A DNA stretch of 64,000 bases from NCBI GenBank assembly GCA_965644295.1, contig CBFFRP010000108.1:62001-126000 (forward strand), in the 5' to 3' direction. How positions within the stretch are numbered: the first letter of the stretch is position 1; every line of letters starts with the position of its first letter. Below are positions 13,671 to 28,634 of this stretch, piece after piece. The position numbers and the translations under genes were made by a program. The notes beneath the pieces were generated by a model. It was not told where the DNA came from. It saw only the letters and a program-made list of their open reading frames with translations, and searched no databases. Source of the DNA: Paraphysomonas bandaiensis. Lineage: Eukaryota; Protista; Chrysophyceae.

Positions 13671-14006
13671 CCACTCTTCTGTACGTGGATGCCTACAGTC
13701 TACTGCTGTATATTGGATTTGATTTTCAGCACAAGAATTTTAAACGGTGAGAATGGCGTCTTGAATGGATTGAGATTTTCAGCTGTGAGTAATAGCATCA
13801 CGGTATTATTTGTCGTATACAATTGTATAGACAACCATGAAGTCCTGAAATACTGCTGTAATACTGTGATGTATACCCTATAGGTGTAGGGTTACAAGGT
13901 CGTACATATGACCAGCAGCGCTCAGAGGGCATGCGGTCGCATAGCACCACTATTCATTGCTACACATATATATATATTAAAACAATTACCCTTATTATAG
14001 TCTCGA

Positions 14007-14330
14007 ATGCTTAAATTCCGTGCTCTATCTGCTGGTTTCCGCTTGTTTCAGTTGCGAGCAGCTCCCAGTGTTAATATCAATGCAGGTGCTAACGGGGCAA
14101 CATGTATCGCCACTGGAAATAATGCGATTGGTCCAGTTATCCGCTCTGAGATCAGTGGGGCCTTAGCAAGCTTGATTAATGACGGTATTTTATTCTTGAA
14201 ACGCACGTTTCAGCCATCGCTTATTCGTAGAAAGAGGAAGCACGGATTTCTCGCACGAAATAGCGATCGCAATGGCAGAAAAGTTTTGAATAGACGGCGC
14301 ATTAAGAAGAGGAGATATGTATCTGTCTAA
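14007..14330 (+). CDS. MRPL34: mitochondrial ribosomal protein bL34m
   Basis: Transit-peptide-like N-terminus, then [20 protein letters not shown]...[13 protein letters not shown]. Confidence 0.92.
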   Translation: MLKFRALSAGFRLFQLRAAPSVNINAGANGATCIATGNNAIGPVIRSEISGALASLINDGILFLKRTFQPSLIRRKRKHGFLARNSDRNGRKVLNRRRIKKRRYVSV

Positions 14331-14939
14331 TGTAAGGTGGTAATGTAGATTCTAGTAGTCAAATGTATGCCCCTCGTTGTGTTTTGTTTATGCTGCAGAA
14401 CTCTGAGGCTGAACAATTGTCTACCTTCTTTATATTGAATAATAATAAATACTATATATGCGAATCGAGTAATGTTATTTTGCTCTGCTCTGTAGTGTAA
14501 TGTAGTTAGGCAAAGAACCAAACAAAGTTCAGATATATCAGTCAATCGAATTTCCTTCTATTATTGTGTCGCAGAAACAACTTCTGTCAAGTGTTTTAAC
14601 AACGCTAACACTGGTCTATGGTCTGATACCAATCAAGAATAATGAGAAAGAGTAGTAGGCAATCTTAGTTAGGTATTCTATAAGATAAATAAAATGTAGT
14701 TTTAGACTGTACATATATCTCCCACTTCTATAATTTATCTTTCAGTTTCTATTACGCTCATCGACTTTACTTTGCCGTATGAATGATAGCTCTTCAGTCA
14801 ACATTAGGGATATATATTTTCTGGCAATTAACCAACTAGAGAAGATCAAAATAGCATCACTTTTCGAAAAAATATATAAATTATTTCAATACGATACTTC
14901 TTCCTCACTTCATTATGACAGGATTGTTTATCCCATCTG

Positions 14940-17900
14940 TTAAAAATTATGCGCACTATTTATGTCATCAAATTGGCTCCGCTTAGTAGGAGTCGTTCCC
15001 GGTGTTGTAAGCACTATTCTACTTCTATTTTCTCCATGTGATGGCGTGGCTGAGAGGGAAGGCGACAACCCCCTGACAATGTAGTCTGCAGATGCCAAGG
15101 AGTTTGCCCCTCCATCTGTCGATGCCGACCGAGTGCCCTCTGACTCCGATAAAGCGTAGGTAAGGCATGAAATCAGATCATCGCAAGGTATACTCTTGTT
15201 GAGTAATACGCGGTCAGCAAGTCCGCCTGTCTTGTCCACCGTAGGGTCGCCCGTAGCCCCAGGTGAAAATGATATTTCACATCTGTACTTAAGTGGATCA
15301 TCTGTGCTCCGGGATCGTTTATCAAACAATCGAATAGAAATCTGCGAAAGATATGAAAGTTCCTTTAACCTGTCAATAACTTCTCGGCCCTCATCACTAA
15401 ATACACTTTTCTGGCCATGAGGAGGGTATGTAAGGACGTTGAGCAACGTATACAAATGACTCTCGGAAGTGAAGTAAAGGCGGGTACGGACACTTCTACC
15501 CAACGTACGGATACGCAAATCATCCCCATGACTGAGGTCCAGTAAATACTCCATATCCATTTGTGTACCTGATTTGGCCACATTCAGATCATACTGAATC
15601 TTGCTCATCAAAGCACTACACATCTTGACCCCGATTCCCCGTTTCTCGGTCTCATCTACCCCATACTCCTGGGGGACCACACAGTCGGCAAATAATTCTG
15701 CCAGCCGAAACAAATCCTCCAAAAAGTCTATTTCAAGGTGGTAGTTGTGGAGCACATCATATCGAGCCATATCATAGACTTCAGGGACCTTCGTTAAATC
15801 GTACTGTGCGTCCTTTACACGATAGAAGTCCTTGTTTATTTTTTCCCATCTATCTAGCATTAACGAGTACGTTTCATTCAAATATAATGGAGGAGACGCA
15901 GATTTATCGATCGCAACAAGGTCACACCTGCGTTTGATATCGTCACATAGACGATTGATCAATTCATGCATTTTATCCAGCGTTTTACGAGGGTTACCAA
16001 GACGAAGTAGAGCTTCCCGCATGAAAGACCCGCTGACAGGAGCGATATCATAAAGCATGCTGGGAGTGAATTCTACATCCATCTGTAGTACTCTGTTGAG
16101 ATAAGACTTACAGCGGTCCACCTCATTCTTGGCCATCATATTATCATAGTGGTCGAGCATTAGGTTACTCTTTTCCTGAACAGTCACCAGACTTACAAGT
16201 ACAGGAGTGAGGTCCCCTTCAAGCTCAAGAAGGCCTTTCGTGAAAGCCGCAGCAGTTTTCATAACCCGACCTTCATCAGAGGCTTTTATTTTGAGGTCAT
16301 GACGGAATGTGGAATGTAGTCGAAGTACCCCCCCTCCGTCAGAGTCTGGATACATCATCGTCCGGAAACTCGCTCCGAGATTCATCGCCTGCTCTTCTCC
16401 GAGGGGCGTGAGGTCTCCACCCCACTTCAGAATAAACAGCACTTCCGATGCACGTGTAATAACCTGTTGTTCACCATTCTCCCCTTCTACTATTGTATCT
16501 CTCCACTTCTCTGGTTTCATTTGAAGTTTTCTATTTATACCACTAATCTTATGTCTTACAAGTACATCTCGAATGCGTACTAATTTTGTGTAGTAGTCAT
16601 GGTCGCCCAGGGCCTCCTCACCCTCATCAATGATAGACTTGGTTAGCTCCAGGAATTGTCTCAACGCTTTTTTCGATTTCAGTTTTATGTTGCTAGTAGG
16701 GGACGGCGAGTTGGCATGGTAATAATCTAGGTACCGCTCATCCGTAAATTTTACCTTCATCTTCTGCTTTGGGGTTCTATCACCATGTCGAATTACAGAT
16801 ATCACACACAGCAACTCTTCGTCAGCTGGCTGCGACGCGGAGCCACTGAATTTATCAGTACTTGATTCAGAGGGAGTAGGGGATGGTGTATCCGGGCAAC
16901 TTCCAACGCTTTTACTGGACCCCGTTCCAACACGTATTAGGGGCTGAACGGTGGACAGTGTTGAATGGTATTGTGGACGCACAGCAAGTAGCCATGTCTC
17001 GCAGAGAACGCGCGCACAGTCATCATAGTACTTGCGAGAGTTCTTCACAAAGCTGAACCCATTGACATCACAAACAAATGAGTCTTTACCGGGCACTCTA
17101 CACAGGTATAGCGCATGTTACAATATATACGGGCGGATAAGATGGAAGGTGTACCTGAGCAGGTCGAACCCACACACAGTCTGTTTAAAAGCCATAGTGA
17201 TCTTGCTCGTTATCTCTTTCTCTAAAGGAGAGAGGATAACAGGATATCGTACCTCAAGCCCATTAGGATCTCGGTGTACTTTTCCGTCTACTACTGGACT
17301 CTTTCTCGCCTCCGCATGACCGTAGTTGGCCCCCACCGTGTACACTTTAACATCCGTACCTTGCGTGTTAAGGAACTCCTCGTATATATACGATCCCGTC
17401 CGACGGACGTCGTTTTCATCGGGGTAAAATTCACTACTGCGATCCTTAACCTTTCTAAAAAGCCGCTTACTTCCACCACCCGCACTCATCGGGTAGTATA
17501 TATATATCTATAAGTGTCACATGAACTCAGACATAATAGCGCTGCATAGGTACGACATACGTTGTGGTCATCGGCATCTACCGGTTTTTCAAGAAAAGGT
17601 TTATTTACTTGAACTCCATTCACAAGAATATACTCATCAAATTCTTCTACAACATCACTATCGCCGTTGATATCCCTCTCAACATAGACGTGACGTGGTA
17701 CTGGAATATTGCACGATTGAAGGATCTGCGGAGGCCAAACACCTCAAAATAATCGATACAGCATTCACAACTCATACCTCATACACTCGCCGGCGATCTT
17801 TCAATACAATTTGCATTTTTAAATCATTTAAAAGAAATGGGTTGCGCAACTCTGCGTATGCTAAAGCCTTTTCTAGAGGGAACCCAGTTGAATAAAATGC

Positions 17901-18174
17901 GACTAGACATTCCACCACCTAATAAACAATACGCCATAAGGTGGGACACACTCGTATATATGCGCCCATACACACTCACCGGCCAACTTTCAACCGGCTC
18001 ATTGAGGATACAATCGTCTCCGAATATGTATATTTCAAAGAGATCAGAGGGCAGCCTGCTTATGATCTCAGTCATAGGCTTCGATCGTGCTTTCTTGTCC
18101 ATCGCACATATCCCTACAGTTATCTTCTCGACAGATCTCTTTCGTCTCATGATGGACTTCATGTAGTCAATCAT
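14940..18174 (-). CDS. VIP1: PPIP5K/VIP1 inositol pyrophosphate kinase-phosphatase
   Basis: [59 protein letters not shown], histidine phosphatase [23 protein letters not shown]. Confidence 0.95.
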
Positions 18175-18659
18175 AACTGATGTGTGTCTGTGATATTAGT
18201 GACTAGTATACCTCTGCATGAATGAATGGAAGTTATTCATCAACACTTTCCACCAGTACGAAGCAACGAGTACACTCCTAGTCTCAACAGCGAACCATAT
18301 GTCCTGTTTTCCTTATACTTGTCTCTGATTGGCTGCTAGGATTGGGAATATAAAATATTTTGTATAGTGGAGTGTCGCATAGTCATACGGTCATACGGGA
18401 AACCCTACAGCCTACAGTGGTATGAATATACCTACGAAAAATTCCTGTCACGACATCGCCAGAGACTTCTTCGACTTCACTATGATGGTATCACCACACT
18501 CAACCCTATAAGAAATCTGTACTGTGTAGTCCGCAGTGTTAGAAGTAGGCTAGTGACTCTATCTAGTTGATAGGTATACCATTAAGCCTGAGGTCATCTA
18601 CAGTGGCACTATACCTATAGCACTGTAATCCTGTCAGAGTATATATATCTGACAGTAAT

Positions 18660-20202
18660 ATGAATAATCTTAGTAGTCCCTCTCCTCCCAAGAGCGAGAA
18701 ACCTACCCGTCTGAAGCTTGGTGGTCGTAATGGTTCCCACATCACTCAAGATGATGATGGTGAAGATCATAGCGGTAAACAGCTTAAGTCAATGGTCACC
18801 TGCGATATATCTGAACCCACATCACCCCACAACAGATGTGAGGCGGTAAAAAATGCGTTCGATGACCCTCCATGCCACTCAGTAGATACCTCAAATAAGG
18901 CTGATGGAGTCGCTTCGAATCCTGCTGTTGTTGGGGAGTCTGACCAAAGTAAAAGCGTCACCTTATCTACTGTAAACAGTGATCCACCTACTACAGATGG
19001 AAACAATACCCAAATTACTAGTAATGAAAGCAGTATCCAAAAACCTGATGCAGTGGAAAATGCCAGAGAAGAAGCGAGGGATATTGAGTCTCCTGTGCAT
19101 CCGTCTGTCGACACCTCCACTGAATCTCCTGATTCTACAACAGTCGCCACTGACAAGAACTCTCCGTGGAAAAGTAGTGTCACACAACCGGCATTATCTC
19201 TGGTTGGAATCCAGCAAGCGAAACCCGAAGATAAGGAGCTGTATGAAGCCTGCGAAAGTGGAAACGTTAAGGCCGTGCGCAAAGTATTGAAAAAGAATCC
19301 CTGTATTGAAGGATACCGTGATCACTCGAGTGAGATGTATTACGTAGCGTGTCCTACTTGCAGTAATTATCGTGCTGTGCAGCTTTCCGCAGTGCTTTAC
19401 ATGTGGCCAGTGAAAATGGGTTTGATGAAGTGGTATACACATTACTTGAGCACAGGCCTCGTCCAGACATTGACTTTGTGTTAACTCCAACGAAGGAGAC
19501 ATCACTCTTTTTGGCCGCCAAACATGGTCATTATGACACCGCCCGTGCCCTACTAAAGTACCGATGCAATGTTAATGCAGGTAAGAATGCAGTAAGCACC
19601 GTTGTAACTTGTGTAACTATTAACTGGTCGGAATGGACAGAGAATAGGTATGGAAATGTGGCATTATGTGAGGCGATTAGTTCTGGTCATGGGGAAATTG
19701 TGCGCCTGCTGGTCGAGTATGAGGCCGATGTGAATCGGCCCAACCAACTAGGCATCACCCCGTTACACTTTCTTTGTTATCAAGAGGAGTGTAAGTGCAT
19801 TTCAATGTTTGCCCGTTGAAATATCCCTAACAAAAGCCACCAGTGTCGCATGATACTGCAGTTAGCATTGCGGCGATGCTACTGGCAGCTGGAGCTAATG
19901 TACATGCGCGGGATCACCTTGGATACACCCCGCTACTAGTCTGCTGTATTACTGGCAGGTACAATGATATGCGCACTTTAACTTACTGAATAACCCATAT
20001 TTGTGATGAGTAGAAAAGAAATTATTGATTTGTTACTGGCATATGACGCGGATTTAGCTGCTCTAAGTAACGATGGCAAGGATATGCATGCCCTTGCTAC
20101 TGAATACAAGCATGCAGATATAGCAAAGAGGTATACTATGATAATGTCGTTAATTTTACGTTTGAATTTGGGTTCAGGTTTCCAAGCCGATTAGGGAATT
20201 AA
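18660..20202 (+). CDS. ankyrin-repeat protein with disordered N-terminus
   Basis: LYEACESGN, LHVASENGFDEVV, TSLFLAAKHGHYDTARALL, GITPLHFLC, GYTPLL; introns. Confidence 0.85.
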
Positions 20203-20691
20203 AGTGTGCATTTATTAAATGGACTGACTCGGTTACAATTATCGACTGATCATGTATCAATCAAGTATACTATTTATATGAAATGAATTATATATAAGTT
20301 GTAAGATAAAGCTATAAATGTCGTAGTTTATCCCTTAGCCCTTGCAATTATCCGTCGTATCCGAAAGAGTATCCTAAATACTGAATACCAACACGATTCA
20401 TTACTGGGAAATGGGAAACCACAATTATGATTTATGAAAATAATATGTGATGCTCTTTTTACTGTTGGCTTATGTTCATTCTGTTGCTATAAAGAAGGTT
20501 TGATCTTGGTAGTAGATATTGAAGCCTTGTGAACTATATATTTATACTAGACTGAACTTTTTAATATTCTATAATTTACTGCTACGAAATTACACTTCCG
20601 AGTACGTTTGTATTGAACCATTTGCTGTTGTGCAAGCATACAGGCGCTATAGTACAAATTCCAAAGTGAAAGACCACATAGGTACCAGGGA

Positions 20692-20798
20692 TAGGGAACA
20701 ATATATTGCAATACTATTGTTAGGTAGCGTTCCATCAATAGTATTGATGGATTTTTTAAACCGGCCCTACAATACTATTGCAATATATTAGTATGACT
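20692..20798. mobile_element. short MITE-like inverted-repeat element, family B
   Basis: 21-bp inverted repeat aatatattgcaatactattgt...acaatactattgcaatatatt with one mismatch, plus an internal hairpin ccatcaata-g-tattgatgg; related copy at 11231. Confidence 0.6.
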
Positions 20799-21214
20799 AA
20801 TCAGTAAGTAAACACATCCGTAGTTTTCATTTTTAGTACTTGCCATATTTTATAAGGTCTAAGGTCACTTGATAATCAAACCCACTACTCTTAACTAATT
20901 AAAAGTTTAAAAGGTACTACTACCTACAACCACGATTGCATGTTATCGTTAATCACCTTATACACTATGTCCTATTTCGGACAGGAACAATTGCTTGTAA
21001 GAGAAGCATGTATTAATGAAGACTAAGTAGTAAGTACTAGCCATTATTAACCAGCTATTATGTAGTTGTTGTTAGCTGGAAACTGAAATCGATTAATATT
21101 GGTGCACTTCGAACTAAAACTACAGACATGATTTGACGTTAGAAAGTTCCTACACAATTATTTCAATTAAATGTTGACAAGTGAGTTTGATACTAACAAC
21201 TGAAGGACAAGCGT

Positions 21215-22939
21215 CTACTCCTTTCTTTTCTTGCTGTCATTTCCCTCGTCATCCTTCCCAGCATCTGGGCTCGGTCGCTTTTCATCTGTTCTTCCCGAGT
21301 TGGCCAATTGCTGCAGGGCTGCTTGCATAAGTGGGTCGTTCTGATCTACACCAACCGACCCCAGAAGCTGGTTCACAAAGCTTGGATCATCCAAAACATT
21401 ACCTCCTTCCCCTCCTGATGAATCTGCCACTGAATTCTGCTCTGCAGATGATGACTGCGCCATGGACATTTGTAGAGCCATCTGCAGTGCATCATCATCG
21501 TCCCCTTCTTCTTCATTCATATGTTCATCCTCTCCTCCCTGTGTACACATTAGATACTACATATACATTGAATAATTACAAGTCATGTATTCCCCACGCT
21601 CATAGCATGATGAATACCTCAGCAGATGCTCCTTGACTGGAAACTGGTTCTGCAGCAGTATCACCACTAGGTGCAGATGAACCAGAGTCCTGCATGGATA
21701 GCGCAAGAGCGGCCTGGAGTAAAGCGTCCTCGTCTTCCACATTACCATCTCCAGAACTTGCGGAGGAGGAAACATGCCCAGAGGTAGATTCATTATTCTT
21801 TGACTCCTCGTTACCACCGCTTTCCGCACGCTGAGTTAAAAGTAGAATTATTGACACATCGTGGGGAAAAAACGTGAAAGTAGGTCAACGAGATATTCAC
21901 GCTAGGTAAGATAGCATCATATGTCTCGATAACAAGCATTGATGTGGTGTGATGTAGGACGCCCATACCTGCGATTCCTCGTGTGTACGCGCTTCCTCAG
22001 CTGAAATACGAATTGCCATAGCCAATTCGGGATCGAGAGATGGGTCAATTCCTCCGTATTCTGCAAATGCCCCACCTCCAGTGGAATCCCGCCCAACTCC
22101 ACCATCCGATGCAGAGGCTGCCATTGCTTGAGCTAAACCTCCGTCGTCGCCCTGGAAGATAGGCGATGTGATGAGGGCATCCGACGGTAACACGCCGGGA
22201 GGAACAACGATAAGGTGACTGCAGAAGTTTGGACGATAAGCGGGTGTCGCACAAATACTAGCATAAAAAAATACCTGTTATCGTTGCTATTTGCAGCTTG
22301 AACGAACTCCGTGAGTTTGTCTTGAATGTCACTGTGCTCGCCCATTATAACAACGTCCACGGCGATGTTATTCTTCTTTAGCAGTAGCCCAATCTTCCTT
22401 AAATCCTTTTGTTCCTCTTTAATAGGACTCCCCACAAAAATTATTATTCTCTGTCCACCATTCTTATTTTTCCTGTGCTTCAGAGCCAATTGGGCAATTT
22501 GCACTGATGTGGAAAATTGTGTGTTCCCTGCTGCGGTAATTCCCGCGAATGCAGCTAAAATCTTGCCGATATTCTCAGTCGGTGATACTAACATGTCAAC
22601 CCTGTAAATAGTAAAAGTCATATCAATAATATGAGACCTCAGAGCCTTACCCTTTGCCGGCCATAGTCAACAGTCCCACAGTATTCTCAGGGTGTGAGTC
22701 TGTTCTTGCGGTGCATATTAAACTCGCTGAACATTCCATCAGAATTAAACACACATATTAATCCACATCATTTACCAGCATCTTGCTGAGCTTCGAGACG
22801 GGTCGGAATATAGTCGCCATTTCGCATCCATTCCGAGTTGTCTAGACTGTAGTACACATACATATACACGTAACGCGTCAATACACATAAAGAAATACAA
22901 CGATGCGCGTCACCATATCATAGTTGATTCCAGCACCAT
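21215..22939 (-). CDS. RPN10: 26S proteasome subunit RPN10/PSMD4
   Basis: MVLESTMI..LDNSEWMRNGDYIPTRLEAQQDA; IAQLALKHRKNKNGGQRIIIFVGSP; UIMs DPELAMAIRIS, EDALLQAALALSM, DALQMALQMSM. Confidence 0.96.
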
Positions 22940-23317
22940 GGTTAAAGAGGATATTAGGTAATAGTTGGTTAGATGTCACAGTAACACAGGGGGTGATAAT
23001 TATATGATGGCAACAAGTCATGTCTACTCCTATATATAACATGCATGTACACTATAGAAACATCTACATACAGTACATATACCGCGGCATACATACATGT
23101 ATACACTGCATAATATTCTGCAGGACATAACTAAAAACTCGGGAAAAAATACCTTCCAATTTTCAATTTTTTGTGAAAAAGGCTATTTTAAGTGTAATGA
23201 ATTCTCTAATTTTCTCTACTTTTCCGCACAGAAAACTGTACTTTTCTGTTTCAGAGAGATGGAATTGATACAGGTGTTTAAAGCACATCACTGTCAATTG
23301 CTTGGGAGGTGCAAATA

Positions 23318-24292
23318 TGTTCAGTAGAGATAGCTCTGCGCTCCGTTTTGATGCGCAGTCGGATGCATGCAGTGTTATTAATGCTAGTAGATTGCAGTTG
23401 TGCATGAAGAAGCAGCTCCTTCGACCGGACGCAACTGTTACAGCTACACACATATCGGTATGTTGGTGCAGTATGTGCTCTCTCATTGTTTAATATGAAA
23501 TGTATTCAAGCTAGTAGAGTTCTTGGATAAAAATCTTGAAGCAGTTAAGTCCCGTGCCAGTGCCTCCGAGAGAGAGACGTTAGACAAACAACAGGCTGAA
23601 GTTAAGAGACTTCTGGCTAAAGAAGAAAGTAATGACCTTGCCTCGTCGTCATTTGACGAAGAGTTGCCTACAGGAGATGATTGTTTTGTCGAGCGTATCG
23701 CTGCTTCGAGAAATTCGAAGAAAGGTGAGACACCTTCGCGGAAGATAGGTGAAGCTCGGCCATCTGGAAAAAACCAATCATCACAAGACACAACGTCAGC
23801 AGCTAACATACAAAACTTGCTACTACAACAAAAGGTATGGTGTTTTTACAGTCAAGTCGTAAGGTTATTATGCCCAGGATATATCTGCACAAGAGCTTGA
23901 TGACGAGCGCAAGACACAAGCGGAATTGGCCAATGAGTTAATGGAACTAACAAGTATATTAAAAGATAATACTATTGCTATGAATAGGGCGGTGGTGGAA
24001 CAAAATCAGGTAACTTGTCTAGTGATGTGTGAAGATGATGTGATATGAAATGACAGCAACTTGATGTGATGCAAAAACATGCTGAAGAGAATGTCAGTGA
24101 ACTGAACGACCAAAAGAAGAAGGTACGTCAGTCTTCGGGCACTGTATCAATGCGTAATATTTTATACAGTTGAGTAAACAACATAAATCCCAGGCGTATA
24201 GCATTTGGACAACTGTGTGGATTCTCACGGTTGTGCTACTCTCTTTTGCTGGAACCTATGTAGTTATGAGACTTTTCCCTAAACCGTACTAA
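23318..24292 (+). CDS. USE1: USE1-like Qc-SNARE
   Basis: Spliced C-terminus QAELANELMELTSILKDNTIAMN...coiled coil...WTTVWILTVVLLSFAGTYVVMRLFPKPY* (tail anchor ending FPKP); start uncertain. Confidence 0.7.
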
Positions 24293-24509
24293 TTGTTTCT
24301 TATGTGTGAATGATACCTGTGTGGTTGAGTAATTAATAATTTAAGATTTTGTGAGTATAACTACGATATCATTCTGATTCATTTTAACATAGCTCAAATT
24401 GCCTGTGAATAGTAGGTAGAGACCTATTGTAGTGGCACGATTACTAATTTCTCATTTCGCAATGCTAGACACTACTAAATCGATCACGTAAATCACGCCA
24501 TTATTTTTA

Positions 24510-26489
24510 TCAATTTAAAGATCTATAAATAGCAGCATCTAGAACCCTTCCCTTAATTGCTTGTGGCACGAGACCAAAAAAAGTATCTCGACATGCACAG
24601 AGTGACTGTAGAATGGTATATTAGCTGATATTTAGTTGCAATTGGGCCCACAATTACCTTATTCTCAAACTCGAAGACTTTCATTGCGTTGGTGAGGCTT
24701 CTGAGCTTCTTATATCTATTGAACCTAAGGAACAATTTGATGGGAGTGCGCTAATCATATACATATTATCAACCTGGTGGTCTCAAAATTGACCATGTGG
24801 GACTTTAGCTTATCTAGACTGCTCCATGACGCAGTGTCATCGTCGCTGCTGGAATCAAAAGGTCTAGTACCCCATGCTCCCGATTCTTGTATCGTATTAG
24901 CCAAACCATATGCGGACTCAATTGCCAAGCCTGTCCCCTGTGAGCAAGTTCTGTCAAAAAACTTCAGCGACAGCAATGATTAAATAAATTACCTGAGTGA
25001 GTACAGGGTCCACCTGAAAACAACAAATATGAAGCACATAAGTACACAAAATATTATAAATTGAGGACACATACCGAAGCAGCTGCATCTCCTACATAAA
25101 ACACAAGTGGGGCAGTTTGAATCCTCTCTACAGAGCGGCGAATGGCGTCACTCATTGAAGTTTTGCGCATTGTATTGACAGGTTCCACTGCTGGAACTGG
25201 CTCTTCTGCAGTGCTACCGTGATCAGTGAGCAAAAGAGCCTCCCAACCTACCTCTCGCTATTACCAAAATATACAGGAGACATACGGTGTAAACACACTC
25301 ACCCTTGTATTTCCAAGGCGATTCTCGCACTGGGTGTTCAGCTATCCCATCCGATCCTCCGTCAGTATTCTTCACTATGGTACTCAATGACTGATACCAT
25401 CCTGTTCCCAGCGAATCGACAAGCGTCGAAAGATCTGCATGGCTTTGCTGTAATGGTTGCTTCGTTGCAATGTACCAAGCCACACCATCCTGCACGTAAC
25501 TTTGTCACAATAGAACGTAACATAAGATATTGATACTACACGCACGCGTTGCTAGTGCAGCATCGATAGTCTAGAGAGAAACATGTAAGCAGTACCTGAG
25601 TCGGCATTAATCCAAAACGTAATTTATACCCACAGAATAGGGACATATCTTCCATTGATATTGTCTCTGGCAAGAAACCTGCGGCTGTATGACCACTATA
25701 CACCTGTGTACGCTATTGTTGACTATCCGAAAGGGAATGTGCTTCGCAATCTCACCGTATATTTGATCGCACCCTGAGGTATAGTGCTGTTTGACGGAAA
25801 TAAACACCGGCGCACACTACAGAACAAATTACATTTATTTAATTAATATTTGCCGATAACTGCGCACATTGAACTTTGACCATCCGCAGCAACAATGAAG
25901 TCCCCTGTGACCGTTTTCCCGTCCGAGCTTTCCACAACAGCAGTAGATTTATTCCTAAACTTTGGTCAGTTCACAGCAAAAGTGCAATAGGTAGACACAC
26001 CTGTATACTTTCGAGACATCGAAATTCAGAGTGACGTCTTGTTGTAAATGCTGCATATAACACTAGATGTAACACCTCACCACAATTTCAAAGGCGTCAC
26101 TTACGCTTAACAGTGAATCCACAAGAATATCACTTCTGACAGAGACAAATGACGGGTGCTCTGTACACACCACAATAAACAAACAGTGAGAATCACTTGC
26201 TGATTTTACCGAAAGGCAGTTCCAATGGACTGTTGGAGTGGACGAGATTCCCACCAACTTGATTCTTAAAAGAAATTGTCCGCATCGGATGCATATGTTG
26301 TTTGATGTCTTCATATATCCCTAGTTTAGATAATATACTCACTGCGGGATTCCATAGCCCCGTGTACAGTTGATTGCGGGGAGTAACAACGTTTCTCGCC
26401 TCAACTACAGACGCAGATATACCAATCCGTTTCAGAGAGATCGCAGTGATGAGGCCGGATATATTACCCCCAACAATAACAGCAGACAT
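24510..26489 (-). CDS. FAD-dependent monooxygenase (FAD_binding_3-like)
   Basis: AVIVGGNISGLITAISL (Rossmann variant), FIVAADG, VGDAAASVDPVLTQGTGLAIESA. Confidence 0.8.
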
Positions 26490-26976
26490 ACTTTATGCTT
26501 GCAGCAACTATCACCGCTTTAATGGGAGATCTGTGAGCGTATGAGGAACATATCTGCCTCTTCTCACTGCACTGAGCTACATTGAAAGGAAAAATAGTAT
26601 GTGGAAATCCAGAGATCACAACATCAGAGTGTGTGAATGTAACAAAAACGAACTTTTTCTAAGAATTTTTGCTTTTGTTCCACAAAACTCCGAAATGATA
26701 TTGCTGAAAGTCATAATACCAGGGCTTTCATCACCTTGCACAAATACACTCTCCGCAGAATACGACTTGTTGTAGTTCAGAGTTGTACGTAGTTCTGTCG
26801 AGCAGTGCGGTATCCTCGTATCTCGTACACATCTAGACATGATGTGGACACGCACCTCGCTCATCTCGTGTGCGTACAGCTATCTCATTGTTCCATTATG
26901 ACAGTAAAGTGAATGGGTAATAAGCTACACCTCTGCAGTTCTATTTCTAGAGGAATAGTGGAAAGCTACCGTAGAA

Positions 26977-28144
26977 ATGTTTGAGTTAACGTGTAATTTG
27001 TGTGGTGCGGCGTTTTCTCAAAGTGGAAGTTTTCGAACAAAGTGTAACCACATACTGTGCGAATCCTGCGCATGTGGAGCCTTTAATAAAGGCTGTCTAT
27101 GTCCTGTGTGTGGATACAAGCTTCACGATGGGGAAGTCAAGGAGCTTATTGTTGGAATATGTCCGACCTCGTTGTCTGATGCCCTATATCAGAATGCCTT
27201 CCAACAGTCAGATTGGGTATCCATACTAGACAATTCAATTCATGTTGTATCTGCAACACTTGAGCTGCTGATATTTGTACAAAGCCAGTTGTTTCTACGG
27301 GCTAATATATTAGAATCACAGAGTGCGGATGTTGCCAAAGACTTAAATGCGTTGAGAAGTGATAAGGTGTCAGCCATATTATTGACATGGGATTTGTTAA
27401 CTGAAACGCTTCAGGAAAAACTCACTATGCAACTTCGAAACGAAATGTCAGTATCTAAGCAGCGGGTTCGTGAACTGGAAGCTCATATGCAGATTCGGGA
27501 GAAAGAGCTGTGTGATATGAAAGAAGCTTTTGCTGAAAAGTCGAAAAAATGCGACGCATGGGAAAAGGTGTTGTTTTTAGCAGCTGATATTATTCGGATT
27601 AAAATATATAGGCTTATGGTAATCTTCGAGCCCAGTTTGATATTGGCGATCAAAACATCTCCCGGTGGCCAGCGATGCGTGATACGGAACATAAGGTTGC
27701 ATTAAACTTTTCAAGAACGTATTCATTTCAGGGCAATGCAGGATATCCGTTCTCCTACTAAATGTGTTATGCCATCAGCACGTAATACTACCATATTTAC
27801 TAGAGTTGTTTATCATTTTCGAATGGTTTAGATATCAAATCTTTTCCGCAGCTATTTAAGCGACAAGAGAAAGTTACATACCGGTTAGTCTTATTAAGGT
27901 ATACATGTTTTAATATATATACAGGTATTCTGAGGATACAATGGATGCATCAGCAAATGTATCTTCCTTTCGTGGTGCTCGCAAGAAGAGGCCACACACA
28001 CCTTCTTTTGTGACGAATTTTTCAATAGCATCCCCATCTCCTCAGTCGATAAAGTCGGCAATCAATACGAACTTCGCTCCTCAGGAGAAGCGCAGTCGCT
28101 TTTTTGAAAGCACAGGTGGAAGATGCAACTTTTTTTCGAAGTAA
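26977..28144 (+). CDS. N-terminal RING finger + coiled-coil protein (HEI10/RNF212-like architecture)
   Basis: CNLC...CNHILCESC...CPVC, then a coiled coil and an S/P-rich tail. Confidence 0.65.
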
Positions 28145-28634
28145 AATGAGGTAATTTATGATGTAATATTTAACGTCTTTCTTTGGATTTTTTTGAAATG
28201 AAACGCGCTAATAATTTGTTTGAATATAATAAGTTGTCGTAATAACATAGTACTAAGTATTATCCACCCATATCGAATCTTACATAAGTCAATCACTTTT
28301 GCTTCATCTGTATTTGAAGTCATCAAGAACCCGATTGGACGAGCAAAGTTAAAAAATATAGGCACACTTTCAATCCTGACAAAACTCTACCTAATTTCGC
28401 AAGAAAGTGGATGCATTATTGAACCAAGTCATTGGGATACTTCATGAAATAGAAGAAGGAATTAATCTAAAGATTACAATATTTTGGAGGGCGCATATAC
28501 AATTGAGTATCGTCGTTGATTAGATAGTGCGACACAGCTACAGTCATGAAGTTAAACGTCATAACACACATCCTCAACAGAACCAAACCGACAGCAATAT
28601 TTCTGCGTCACCTATCTAATAGCTGTAGCGAAAA

